From: Acutalibacteraceae bacterium
GTDB lineage: Bacteria > Bacillota > Clostridia > Oscillospirales > Acutalibacteraceae
Direction of reading: 5' to 3'
Assembly: GCA_045535275.1 (NCBI GenBank)
Contig: JAZSLH010000049.1
Location: forward strand, 1-51,949
DNA: 51,949 nt
Shown piece after piece: positions 19,372 through 27,194 of the stretch. A program made the position numbers and the translations under genes. Under the pieces are notes generated by a model that saw only the letters and a list, made by a program, of their open reading frames with translations, was not told the origin of the DNA and did not search any database. Every line of letters starts with the position of its first letter. Position 1 is the stretch's first letter.

Positions 19372-19407
19372 ATATTCACCTCAATATCAGTATATGAGGT
19401 GAATATA
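19371..19407. repeat. Perfect 13-bp inverted repeat (TATATTCACCTCA-11 nt-TGAGGTGAATATA)
   Basis: Arms at 19371-19383 and 19395-19407, read directly. One arm carries the SD and the first base of the start codon of the 110-aa ORF. Confidence 0.9.
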
Positions 19408-19443
19408 AAAATGCTAAAAAGGGATTTCAAAAGAAACCCCTTT
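19408..19443 (-). terminator. Intrinsic terminator after cdaR
   Basis: Minus strand AAAGGGGTTTC-TTTT-GAAATCCCTTT (one G-U) is followed by TTAGCATTTTT. Confidence 0.65.
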
Positions 19444-19448
19444 AAGTA

Positions 19449-20768
19449 TTATTTTGAAAGTTTAATTGTGACATCACAACTTCCGACCATCCACACAGAA
19501 ACATTTTTATTTGATTTAAGCGTAGCGGCCACAGTATTCGTTCCAATGTTGTTATCTGTCATATCAGAAAGGTCAAGTGACAAATACAAATCAGATGAGC
19601 TTAAAGAGTTTATTGTGTTCTTAAGTCCACATACAGTAACTGAATAACGCTTGTCATAGGAAACAGAGAGTCCCGGTTTTAAAGTTCCGTCATGAGCAAA
19701 ATTAGTTATATAGAAGTTCTTGACTGAAAACCTTGACATATTATATTTGAAGACAACTTTGTCAACTGCATCAGAAATCGTTATGCCTTCCTGAAGTTTA
19801 GGAGTAAGTTCAAAGGTTTTCTGTGAATCAGAAGAAGAAAGTTGCGACAGGTCGATTGGGTTAACGTATTCGATGGTAGAAATTGAATCAATAACCGTTG
19901 GTGGTCCTTTTATTGTGAGCGATTTAGTGTCTGTGGACCAACAACTGTTAAGAACAGAAGCAATTTGGGGATTCCACATATTTGTGTAAGCAGGGGCAAC
20001 ATTTAAGGTTTTTTCCTTTGACACCATCATAGCAATTGGTATGGAGTCATAGGGCAAGGTATATTTATCTTTTTCAAGAATATTCCCTTCTTTATCAAGG
20101 AAAATAACTTCGGGTTCACTAAAGACTTTAGACTCAGTAAGCAGTTCATCTGTAGAGGCACGAACTTCTATCTTAGAGAGTTTTTCGAGGTCTTGTCTGA
20201 ACCCCTTTATGTCAACCGACAAAACCGAAAGATTTCCATCAGTAAAAATAGGTTCGTAGAGATAATCGTCTCTATCAATTCTATCATATCCCTCAATTAT
20301 CGGTACGGCTTCAACCGTCTTAGTTTCATAATGGTCGAGTTCAACAGTTATGGTTGCGGGAGAAATGCTGACAAAATTATAGGCGGAGTCATTATTTTTT
20401 CTTGACGGCACAAGAGATAATTCGTAAGTGTTTGCGCCCTTGACATTCGAAAGGTCGGCACTAACCGAAATGTCATCTGCCGTAAGAGAACTAACAATAT
20501 AGTTAGGGCCGTACACCGTAACCGAAGCGGTAGTTGTAATATCACCAACTACCTTTAAGGATTCGTTTCCCCAGATTGATGAAGTGTCTACCTCTATTTG
20601 AATTTTATTGATGGTACGCTCACGTTCAGGGCTTTGGTCAATAGCAATTATAAGCCAAAAGAAGAAGGCGACAAAAAGCGAAAGACCTATTGCAAACTTT
20701 TTATTAAACAAAAGTTTTCTGAGAGAAAAATCTTTAAAAAACTTCAAATTATCGCCTCCTATTATCAT
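19449..20768 (-). CDS. cdaR: YbbR-domain protein CdaR (diadenylate cyclase regulator)
   Basis: N-terminal TM helix then repeated beta-rich YbbR-like modules. Overlaps the cdaA stop by 4 nt, the conserved cdaA-cdaR arrangement. Confidence 0.75.
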   Translation of the reverse strand: MIIGGDNLKFFKDFSLRKLLFNKKFAIGLSLFVAFFFWLIIAIDQSPERERTINKIQIEVDTSSIWGNESLKVVGDITTTASVTVYGPNYIVSSLTADDISVSADLSNVKGANTYELSLVPSRKNNDSAYNFVSISPATITVELDHYETKTVEAVPIIEGYDRIDRDDYLYEPIFTDGNLSVLSVDIKGFRQDLEKLSKIEVRASTDELLTESKVFSEPEVIFLDKEGNILEKDKYTLPYDSIPIAMMVSKEKTLNVAPAYTNMWNPQIASVLNSCWSTDTKSLTIKGPPTVIDSISTIEYVNPIDLSQLSSSDSQKTFELTPKLQEGITISDAVDKVVFKYNMSRFSVKNFYITNFAHDGTLKPGLSVSYDKRYSVTVCGLKNTINSLSSSDLYLSLDLSDMTDNNIGTNTVAATLKSNKNVSVWMVGSCDVTIKLSK

Positions 20769-21646
20769 TTTTTCTTAAATTTATATAGAACATCCATAAA
20801 TAAATTTTTCTTATTAGCCTCTGAATTCAGAAGTTTTTGATATAGTTCTTCTTTGAGGGTCATCATATTGTAATCTCGATTAATTGTTCCGTTAACAGCA
20901 AGAGATACTGTACCGGTTTCTTCAGATACCACAAGAACGACAGCGTCTGAATTCTCACTCATGCCAATAGCAGCACGATGTCTTGTACCGAGTTGCGAGT
21001 TAATATTATTGTTTGAGGTAAGAGGTAAAATACAACCTGCTGCACAAACAAGACCGCCTCGGATTATTATAGCACCATCATGCAAAGGAGATTTCGGGAA
21101 GAAAATGTTACCGATAAGTTCGTTAGAAACTTCCGCATTAAGAACCGTTCCGGTATTTGCAATCTCGCCAAGCATAGTGTTTCGTTCAAAAACGATAAGA
21201 GCGCCGATACGCTTGTCGGACATAACCGAAACAGCAGAACAAACCGAATCAATACAACTCTTCATTCTCTCGGTATCTTCATCATATGCTTGTTGTTTTC
21301 CAAAAAATGAAAATTTACTACGACCAACCTTCTCAAGAAGTCTTCTGATTTCGGGTTGGAAAATTATTGCAATAATTATAATTGCATAGTCAAGTACCTT
21401 GCTTAAAAGCCATTTAAGTGTTGAAAGGTCAAATGCGGTAGCAAGAAGAAAGGCAAAAATTAAAAGAGCAATACCTTTAACAAGTTGACCTGAACGGGTA
21501 TCACGCAGGAATTCAATAGCCTTGTAAATTAGGAAAGCAATCAAAATAATATCAACAATATCAAAGAAATTGATATTCATTACCGCATATACCAACTGAT
21601 TCCAAAAAGCATATAAGGAATCAAAAAAAGAAGTTATGAATTCCAA
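20765..21646 (-). CDS. cdaA: Diadenylate cyclase CdaA
   Basis: Three N-terminal TM helices plus DAC domain motifs (GALIVFER, SPLHDGAIII, LGTRHRAAIG). TTG start 7 nt after AGGAGG. Confidence 0.9.
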   Translation of the reverse strand: MEFITSFFDSLYAFWNQLVYAVMNINFFDIVDIILIAFLIYKAIEFLRDTRSGQLVKGIALLIFAFLLATAFDLSTLKWLLSKVLDYAIIIIAIIFQPEIRRLLEKVGRSKFSFFGKQQAYDEDTERMKSCIDSVCSAVSVMSDKRIGALIVFERNTMLGEIANTGTVLNAEVSNELIGNIFFPKSPLHDGAIIIRGGLVCAAGCILPLTSNNNINSQLGTRHRAAIGMSENSDAVVLVVSEETGTVSLAVNGTINRDYNMMTLKEELYQKLLNSEANKKNLFMDVLYKFKKK

Positions 21647-21675
21647 CGCGCTACCTCCTAATTATATTCTAATAT

Positions 21676-21704
21676 ATTTTAACATATATTATCTATCAAA
21701 TCAA
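21676..21704 (-). promoter_or_regulatory. Candidate sigma-A promoter of cdaA-cdaR
   Basis: Minus strand reads TTGATT (21704-21699), 17 nt, TAAAAT (21681-21676). Confidence 0.4.
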
Positions 21705-21707
21705 CAA

Positions 21708-22838
21708 TTAAATTAGTTTTTTTAGTGTAAAAATTAGTTTGTCTGTATCATCAGGCATATTGAAGACCGAAGGTGCCACTCTAACTGTACCGGTTTCAAC
21801 CGTTTCAATCTGTTTGTGGGCAAGCGGTGCACAATGAAGTCCCGAACGAACTGCAATTCCGTTTTTTGCTAGAAACTCACCTACTTGCATACTGTTAAAA
21901 CCTTTATAATTAAATGATATGACAGGAGCAAAACGAAAAAGTTCAGGTCGCTCCGTATATACTTTTACATTATTTTTTAACAGTTGGTCATAAAAACGCT
22001 GACATATATCCATTTCGTGCTTATAAATAACTTCGGGTTTCTTGTTTTGTACAAATTTTATACCCGACTTAATACCAACAATACATGGCAAATTTACAGT
22101 TCCGCTCTCTATGCGTTCAGGCAGTTCTTCAGGCTGATTCATCTCAAGTGAATTTACTCCTGTTCCGCCCGTTATAATCACGTTTTCTATCTTTTTTTGT
22201 GCAACTAGTATTCCCGTACCCATAGGTGCATAAAAGCCCTTGTGAGGAGCAATACAGAGATAATCAATATTCATACTTTTCATATCTATCGGAAGAACAC
22301 CCGCAGCCTGTGCTGCGTCAACTGCAAACAATATATTTTGGCTTTTACAAAGTTGTCCAATCTCATAAAGAGGCAACGCTCTACCAATAACATTTGATGC
22401 GGCTGTAATAATAATCATTTTAGTGTTCTTTCTTATAAGTTTTTTGAAATTATTTACAGTGGTATTATCATCTTTCTCAACCGTTGCAATTGAATAACGA
22501 ACACCTTTTTCGAGAAAAAGTTTAAAGATAGGCCTTATTACAGCATTGTGTTCAAGTGAAGATGTAATTATGTGGTCACCTTCCTTTAAAACTCCTTGTA
22601 GTACAGTATTTATAGCATGGGTACAGTTCATTGTAAAACAGACATTATTCTCACTTTCAGCGTTTACAAATTCTTTAACGGCTTTTCTACATTCATAAAC
22701 AGCCATTGCGGCATTATTTGAAGTTTCGTACCCTCCTCTTCCGGGATTTGCCGACAAATTATTTAAGGCATAATTCACTGCATTTATAACCGAACGCGGT
22801 TTTTTGCCTGAAGTAGCCGCGTTATCTAGATATATCAT
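21708..22838 (-). CDS. Class-V aminotransferase-fold cysteine desulfurase / selenocysteine-lyase-like enzyme
   Basis: MIYLDNAATS N-terminus, PLP lysine context CIAPHKGF, and C-terminal RSGLHCAP. The start is moved to ATG 22838 (SD GGGGTG) because the ORF-track extension up to 22877 runs through a terminator hairpin. Confidence 0.8.
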   Translation of the reverse strand: MIYLDNAATSGKKPRSVINAVNYALNNLSANPGRGGYETSNNAAMAVYECRKAVKEFVNAESENNVCFTMNCTHAINTVLQGVLKEGDHIITSSLEHNAVIRPIFKLFLEKGVRYSIATVEKDDNTTVNNFKKLIRKNTKMIIITAASNVIGRALPLYEIGQLCKSQNILFAVDAAQAAGVLPIDMKSMNIDYLCIAPHKGFYAPMGTGILVAQKKIENVIITGGTGVNSLEMNQPEELPERIESGTVNLPCIVGIKSGIKFVQNKKPEVIYKHEMDICQRFYDQLLKNNVKVYTERPELFRFAPVISFNYKGFNSMQVGEFLAKNGIAVRSGLHCAPLAHKQIETVETGTVRVAPSVFNMPDDTDKLIFTLKKLI

Positions 22839-22848
22839 ATTCACACCC

Positions 22849-22877
22849 CAAAAAAATGCACAGGCAATCCTGTGCAT
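22849..22877 (-). terminator. Intrinsic terminator between the DUF3343-like gene and the cysteine desulfurase
   Basis: Minus strand ATGCACAGG-ATTG-CCTGTGCAT (22856-22877) is followed by TTTTTTT (22856-22850, the first T shared with the stem). Confidence 0.75.
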
Positions 22878-22883
22878 TTTAAA

Positions 22884-23099
22884 TTATAGTTTATTAACTT
22901 CAATAATTTTAATCGAATTAGTCCTCAAAATTTCAACAGCCTTAGAAATATCCCCGTAAACAACTATTCCATAACCGCAACCTAGACGACCAAGGCCCGA
23001 ACTATTACGTTCAACAGTAGCTCTGAAGCCTTTTTTTCGCAAAATATCGCGGCCTCTGATAGCATAGGTTACTGTACCTGTTACGACTACATGTTTCAT
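22884..23099 (-). CDS. DUF3343-like putative Se/S carrier protein
   Basis: About 71 aa, MKHVVVTGTVTYAIRGRDILRKKGF...GCGYGIVV, resembling the small Se/S-carrier family usually found beside cysteine desulfurases. ATG 23099 lies 8 nt after GGAGA. Confidence 0.6.
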   Translation of the reverse strand: MKHVVVTGTVTYAIRGRDILRKKGFRATVERNSSGLGRLGCGYGIVVYGDISKAVEILRTNSIKIIEVNKL

Positions 23100-23157
23100 A
23101 TAGCTCATCTCCAAACAATTTTCCTACACTATATTTTATGACGCTGTTTGATATATG

Positions 23158-23188
23158 ACAAAACTCCCGAAAAAATCGGGAGTTTTAG
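23158..23188. terminator. Hairpin terminator after the ABC ATPase gene
   Basis: AAAA-CTCCCGA-AAAAA-TCGGGAG-TTTT (23160-23186). A/T runs on both sides. Confidence 0.7.
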
Positions 23189-23986
23189 TTAAATCTTAAG
23201 CATTGAACTTAAAAAGGCACGGAGACTTTCAGTTTTCGGGTTATCAAACAGTTCTTCAGGCGTACCCTCTTCAGCAATCAAACCGTTGTCCATATAGATT
23301 ACTCTGTTTGAAACTTCCTTCGCAAAGCCCATTTCGTGAGTGACTATTATCATAGTTCTTCCTTGCTTTGCAAGGTTCGCGATAACCTTAAGTACTTCTA
23401 CTGTAATTTGTGGGTCAAGCGCAGAAGTAGGTTCATCAAAGCAAAGAATTTTAGGCGAAAGCATAAGTGCTCTTGCAATTGCAACTCTTTGTTGCTGACC
23501 GCCTGAAAGTTCGCAAGGATAGTTTTCAAGTTTATCGCCAAGGCCAACGCTTTCAATAACAGAAATTGCTTCATTTTTCAAGGTTTCAAGTGCAGACTTT
23601 CTTTCCTCTGAAGACGCTTTACTCTTTTTTAACTTCTTATTTAAATCAAGTTTTGGTGCCAATAACACATTGTCAAGAACATTATATTGAGGAAAGAGAT
23701 TAAATGACTGGAAAACAAGTCCTGTTGTAAGTTGATTTTCTCTTTTTTCTTCTTTTGAAAGTTTAATCTTCAAATTAGAATCGAAAAGAACTCGGTCGCC
23801 TACGCTTATATAACCTATATCTGCCGTTTCAAGCCCGGTAATGCAACGAAGAAGCGTTGTTTTACCACTTCCGGAAGAACCAATGATTGACAAAACAGTT
23901 CCCTCTTCTTGCGAAAAAGAAACATTTTTAAGAACTTCGGTCTTACCAAAACTTTTCTTTATATTTTTTACTTGCAATAAACTCAT
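23189..23986 (-). CDS. Polar amino-acid ABC transporter ATP-binding protein
   Basis: GSSGSGKTT Walker [16 protein letters not shown] signature, [12 protein letters not shown] Walker B. Carries Lys/Ser/Glu-rich inserts relative to a minimal GlnQ. Confidence 0.9.
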   Translation of the reverse strand: MSLLQVKNIKKSFGKTEVLKNVSFSQEEGTVLSIIGSSGSGKTTLLRCITGLETADIGYISVGDRVLFDSNLKIKLSKEEKRENQLTTGLVFQSFNLFPQYNVLDNVLLAPKLDLNKKLKKSKASSEERKSALETLKNEAISVIESVGLGDKLENYPCELSGGQQQRVAIARALMLSPKILCFDEPTSALDPQITVEVLKVIANLAKQGRTMIIVTHEMGFAKEVSNRVIYMDNGLIAEEGTPEELFDNPKTESLRAFLSSMLKI

Positions 23987-23988
23987 AA

Positions 23989-24633
23989 TTAACCTCTGAA
24001 ATAGTCAAGTTTCTTCTCGATATAACCAAATAGCAAGGTAAGAACTCCGCAGAACAGCAGATAGAATGCGGCAGTATAGAAAAGGGGCCAAATAAGACCG
24101 TCACTTTTAATGAAAGACTGAGCCATCCATATAATTTCATATACAGCAATAATACGTGCAAGCGAGGTATCTTTAACAAGAGTAATAATTTCATTACTCA
24201 TAGGCGGAACAATTCTCTTAACAACCTGAAGAAGAACAACCTTAAAGAAAACCTGCGTTCTGGTCATTCCCAGCACTTGACCTGCTTCATATTGACCTTT
24301 AGAAATGCTTTCTATTCCGCCTCTGTAAATTTCGCTAAAATAACAAGCGTAGTTAATTACGAATGTAACTATAACCGCAGTAAATCGTTCAAGTGCAGGG
24401 AGTCCAAAAATTAAACCCGGACCGTAGAATACCACAATCAATTGAAGCATAAGCGGTGTGCCGCGAATAATCCAGACAAAAACCTTGCAAACCGCTTTAA
24501 TTGGCGTAAATTTGCTCATAGAACCGAAACTTATAATTAAACCGAGAGGCAGAGCAAAAAGCAGGGTTAAAGCAAAAATTTTAAATGTTTCCAGAAAACC
24601 TGTTAAGAGTTCCAGCGTAACCGTAACAAACAT
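23989..24633 (-). CDS. Amino-acid ABC transporter permease (HisM/GlnP type)
   Basis: Five or six TM segments. Contains an EAA-like loop ([16 protein letters not shown]). Confidence 0.85.
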   Translation of the reverse strand: MFVTVTLELLTGFLETFKIFALTLLFALPLGLIISFGSMSKFTPIKAVCKVFVWIIRGTPLMLQLIVVFYGPGLIFGLPALERFTAVIVTFVINYACYFSEIYRGGIESISKGQYEAGQVLGMTRTQVFFKVVLLQVVKRIVPPMSNEIITLVKDTSLARIIAVYEIIWMAQSFIKSDGLIWPLFYTAAFYLLFCGVLTLLFGYIEKKLDYFRG

Positions 24634-24701
24634 AATAAACCTTTCAACAGATACTAACAGAGGCCCTAAAATATAGAGCCTCTGAACAGTATAAAATTAA
24701 A

Positions 24702-25478
24702 TTAGAATGCTAAAGTAAGTTCATATTTTTCAGCGAGTTTCGTAAGAGTTCCCGCACTGTTAAGCTCGTCAATAATTTCATCTACTTTATCAGTAAGACT
24801 TGAGTTCTTTCTAAAGCCGATAACATAAACTTCAGAAGAGAGTTCAACATCATAACCGAAGTTAGCATAACTTGTTCCCTCGCCGGTCATAGCATTAGCC
24901 ATTGTAATATCAATTACACAAGCATCTGCAGTACCGGAAGCAACTTCCATAAGTGCAGTTGACTGATAATCAACCTGTACGACATTTTTAGCACCACGGG
25001 CTATGAGTTCCTTATCTCCTGCGGAACCTTTTTCTACGGCAAATTTGAGGTCCTTCATGCTTTCAAAGTCGGGATAGTTTGCAATCTTATCAGAAGGCAT
25101 AACAACAACCTGAGCATTTTTAACATAAGGAGTTGAATAACTGGTGTTTAACTTTACATCATCTGTAAGGGTCATACCGTTCCAAATGCAGTCAATGGCA
25201 CCTGATTCAAGTTCAAAGAACTTATTGTCCCAATCAATCTCGATAAATTCAACATCAACGCCAATTTTCTCAGCAACAAGACGGGCAAATTCAGCATCGA
25301 ATCCGGTCCATTCACCGTCAACTTTATAGTCCATAGGTTCATAATCGGTAATACCAACAACAATTTTTCCTGCCTTTTTAATGTTAGCAAGGTCGTTTTC
25401 GGGAGATTTATTCGCGCAACCGACAAGAGCGGTCACAAGCATTGCTGCAACAAGTAGTACTGCTAATAATTTCTTCAT
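24702..25478 (-). CDS. Amino-acid ABC transporter substrate-binding lipoprotein (family 3)
   Basis: MKKLLAVLLVAAMLVTALVGC lipobox signal. Start moved to ATG 25478, 5 nt after GGAGGA. Confidence 0.85.
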   Translation of the reverse strand: MKKLLAVLLVAAMLVTALVGCANKSPENDLANIKKAGKIVVGITDYEPMDYKVDGEWTGFDAEFARLVAEKIGVDVEFIEIDWDNKFFELESGAIDCIWNGMTLTDDVKLNTSYSTPYVKNAQVVVMPSDKIANYPDFESMKDLKFAVEKGSAGDKELIARGAKNVVQVDYQSTALMEVASGTADACVIDITMANAMTGEGTSYANFGYDVELSSEVYVIGFRKNSSLTDKVDEIIDELNSAGTLTKLAEKYELTLAF

Positions 25479-25520
25479 AATTATCCTCCAATTTATCACG
25501 CTAAAGTGATGATTTCCTAA

Positions 25521-25549
25521 ATTATAACTTATATTGCCGAAAAAGTCAA
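25521..25549 (-). promoter_or_regulatory. Sigma-A promoter of the amino-acid ABC operon
   Basis: Minus strand reads TTGACT (25549-25544), 17 nt, TATAAT (25526-25521). Confidence 0.6.
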
Positions 25550-25561
25550 CAAAAAGAGCAA

Positions 25562-25609
25562 AACTTAAAAATAAAAATACCGCCTATATGCTATGCATTA
25601 AGCGGTATT
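25562..25609 (-). terminator. Intrinsic terminator after xerD
   Basis: Stem AATACCGC/GCGGTATT (25576-25583 with 25602-25609) followed on the minus strand by TTTTTATTTTT. Confidence 0.6.
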
Positions 25610-26496
25610 TATCTTGCCAATGGGTGAAATTTATTGTAGTCTTGAGTGTATTTATTTTTCATCAGTTGAGCATAAATCTGAGTAGTTGAAATATCAGCAT
25701 GTCCAAGCATTTCTTTTATATCCATAAGATTTGCACCGTTTTCAAGAAGATGTGCTGCAAATGAATGCCTTAATGTATGCGGAGTTATTTCCTTTTTAAT
25801 TTTTGTTTTTTGGGCATAATACTTAACAATTTTCCAAAACCCCTGTCTTGAAAGGGGTTCGCCGCTCATATTTGTAAATAAACGTTCTTCAGAAATATCG
25901 CTGATAATTGCAGGTCTGACGTTATATATGTATGTTTGCAAGGTTTTTACAGCGGCAGGATAAATCGGTATAATCCGTTCATTTTTAGTGCTGTTAATAG
26001 ATAAAATTCCGATTTGAAGATTGATATCAGACAATTTTACATCAATCAGTTCTGAAACCTTGATTCCGGTTGCATAAAGCAGTTCAAGCATTGCTTTGTC
26101 ACGAATACTTTTATAATCAGAACCCGAAGGCTGTGCTAAAAGGTCAAGTACTTCTTTACCGGTCAATATTTCGGGTAGTTTTTTATCTGAAACAGATTTT
26201 TTAACCTTAATAGAAGGGTTAACTCCACATAAATCATTTTTGTTAAGGAATGTGAAATAACAGCGAAGAGAGGCAGCAACTCGGGTTATTGTACACTGAG
26301 ATTTGCCCAAAACCGAGAGATATTCAAAATAACGCTCTATAACAGAGGTATCCACTTGTGATAAATCGGTGATGCTATTTATTTTACAGTATGTCGAAAA
26401 CTGCCCGATATCTCTGAGATAAGAATCGAGCGTGTTTTTAGAACTTTTCTTTTCATTTGTCAAATAGTTTTCAAAAGACGAAATGAAATCCTGCAT
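25609..26496 (-). CDS. xerD: Tyrosine site-specific recombinase XerD/XerC
   Basis: N-terminal SAM-like domain and C-terminal catalytic HTLRHSFAAHLL...LGHADISTTQIYAQL. Confidence 0.8.
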   Translation of the reverse strand: MQDFISSFENYLTNEKKSSKNTLDSYLRDIGQFSTYCKINSITDLSQVDTSVIERYFEYLSVLGKSQCTITRVAASLRCYFTFLNKNDLCGVNPSIKVKKSVSDKKLPEILTGKEVLDLLAQPSGSDYKSIRDKAMLELLYATGIKVSELIDVKLSDINLQIGILSINSTKNERIIPIYPAAVKTLQTYIYNVRPAIISDISEERLFTNMSGEPLSRQGFWKIVKYYAQKTKIKKEITPHTLRHSFAAHLLENGANLMDIKEMLGHADISTTQIYAQLMKNKYTQDYNKFHPLAR

Positions 26497-26518
26497 TTTA
26501 ACATTAACTTTCCTTTAT

Positions 26519-27139
26519 TTAAAAATTAAAGTATCCTATAAAAAGCGATGACATACCGAGGTCGAAAGCGATTGCAAGAAATCCTGTAATCAAACACAGA
26601 CCACTGTTTATACAATACTTTTTAAAATCTGAATATATATTTATAGGTTTATTCGCTTTAATGCAAATACCGCCTAAAAGATAGGAAAAAGCAAACGATT
26701 CTTTCGCAAGAAGCAACAATCCGAAAACAGTAATCAAGGTTTGAGGAAGTAATATCAAAGCCGAGAACATTATTCCTTCAAGTCTATATGTAAAGTAGAG
26801 CAGACCGGAAAAACATCCGTAAGAAAAACCTTTATACAACAGTATGACGGGCGTTGTAGCAGTTCCGATTACTGATGTGCCGCAAATAAAAAGTAAAAAA
26901 TAAAAAGGTAAAATAGATAAAAGCGAGTTTTTAAACATCAAACCAAAATCTGAACTTGATTTTACTGAAATAAGTTCAGTAAGTTTGTCGGAACTCATAG
27001 AATAAAGCGAGTCAAGTCTACATACAAGAATACTACCTAAAAAAACGCCTAAAACAAAAATTAACGTAAAAATAACAAACGGTAAATACGGACGAAAACC
27101 GCTAATATTGAACGTGAAATTATTTTTCTTCCTTTGCAT
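26519..27139 (-). CDS. spoIIM: Stage II sporulation protein M
   Basis: 206-aa polytopic membrane protein with ILLPQTLI...LLLAKESFAFS, resembling the SpoIIM LPQ region. Next to xerD. Confidence 0.6.
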   Translation of the reverse strand: MQRKKNNFTFNISGFRPYLPFVIFTLIFVLGVFLGSILVCRLDSLYSMSSDKLTELISVKSSSDFGLMFKNSLLSILPFYFLLFICGTSVIGTATTPVILLYKGFSYGCFSGLLYFTYRLEGIMFSALILLPQTLITVFGLLLLAKESFAFSYLLGGICIKANKPINIYSDFKKYCINSGLCLITGFLAIAFDLGMSSLFIGYFNF

Positions 27140-27174
27140 AGAATGTCCTCCATTGTTTTTTATACATTCTATGC
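27136..27174. repeat. Perfect 10-bp inverted repeat GCATAGAATG-19 nt-CATTCTATGC over the spoIIM start
   Basis: Arms at 27136-27145 and 27165-27174, read directly. The first arm contains the spoIIM ATG and the loop contains its SD. Confidence 0.9.
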
Positions 27175-27194
27175 TTAAAAAAGGACGAGTATTC
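27166..27194 (-). promoter_or_regulatory. Candidate sigma-E-type promoter of spoIIM
   Basis: Minus strand reads GAATACT (27194-27188), 14 nt, CATAGAAT (27173-27166), against the consensus ZHATAXX-14-CATACAHT. Confidence 0.35.

Noticed and set aside
19399-19647. 82-aa plus-strand ORF overlapping the cdaR 3' end.
   Set aside because: It starts inside the palindrome and terminator region, is antisense to cdaR, and has no SD. It is a chance open frame.
20961-21389. 142-aa antisense ORF within cdaA. Similar long antisense ORFs lie at 30062-30520 (mutS2), 46354-46746 (ecfA1), 35348-35737 (yqfD), 38066-38440 (XRE-TM gene) and 15251-15604 (mreB).
   Set aside because: In each case the opposite-strand gene has a clear family assignment with intact motifs. 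The antisense translations are compositionally biased and lack translation-initiation signals.
23943-24194. 83-aa minus-strand ORF overlapping the permease and ATPase junction in another frame.
   Set aside because: It lies wholly within two well-supported ABC genes. There is no independent evidence for it.
24658-24684. 7-bp hairpin CAGAGGC/GCCTCTG between the binding-protein and permease genes.
   Set aside because: It is probably an intra-operon stabiliser or partial terminator, which is common in ABC operons. The stem is short with a 13-nt loop and no U tract, so I do not call it.
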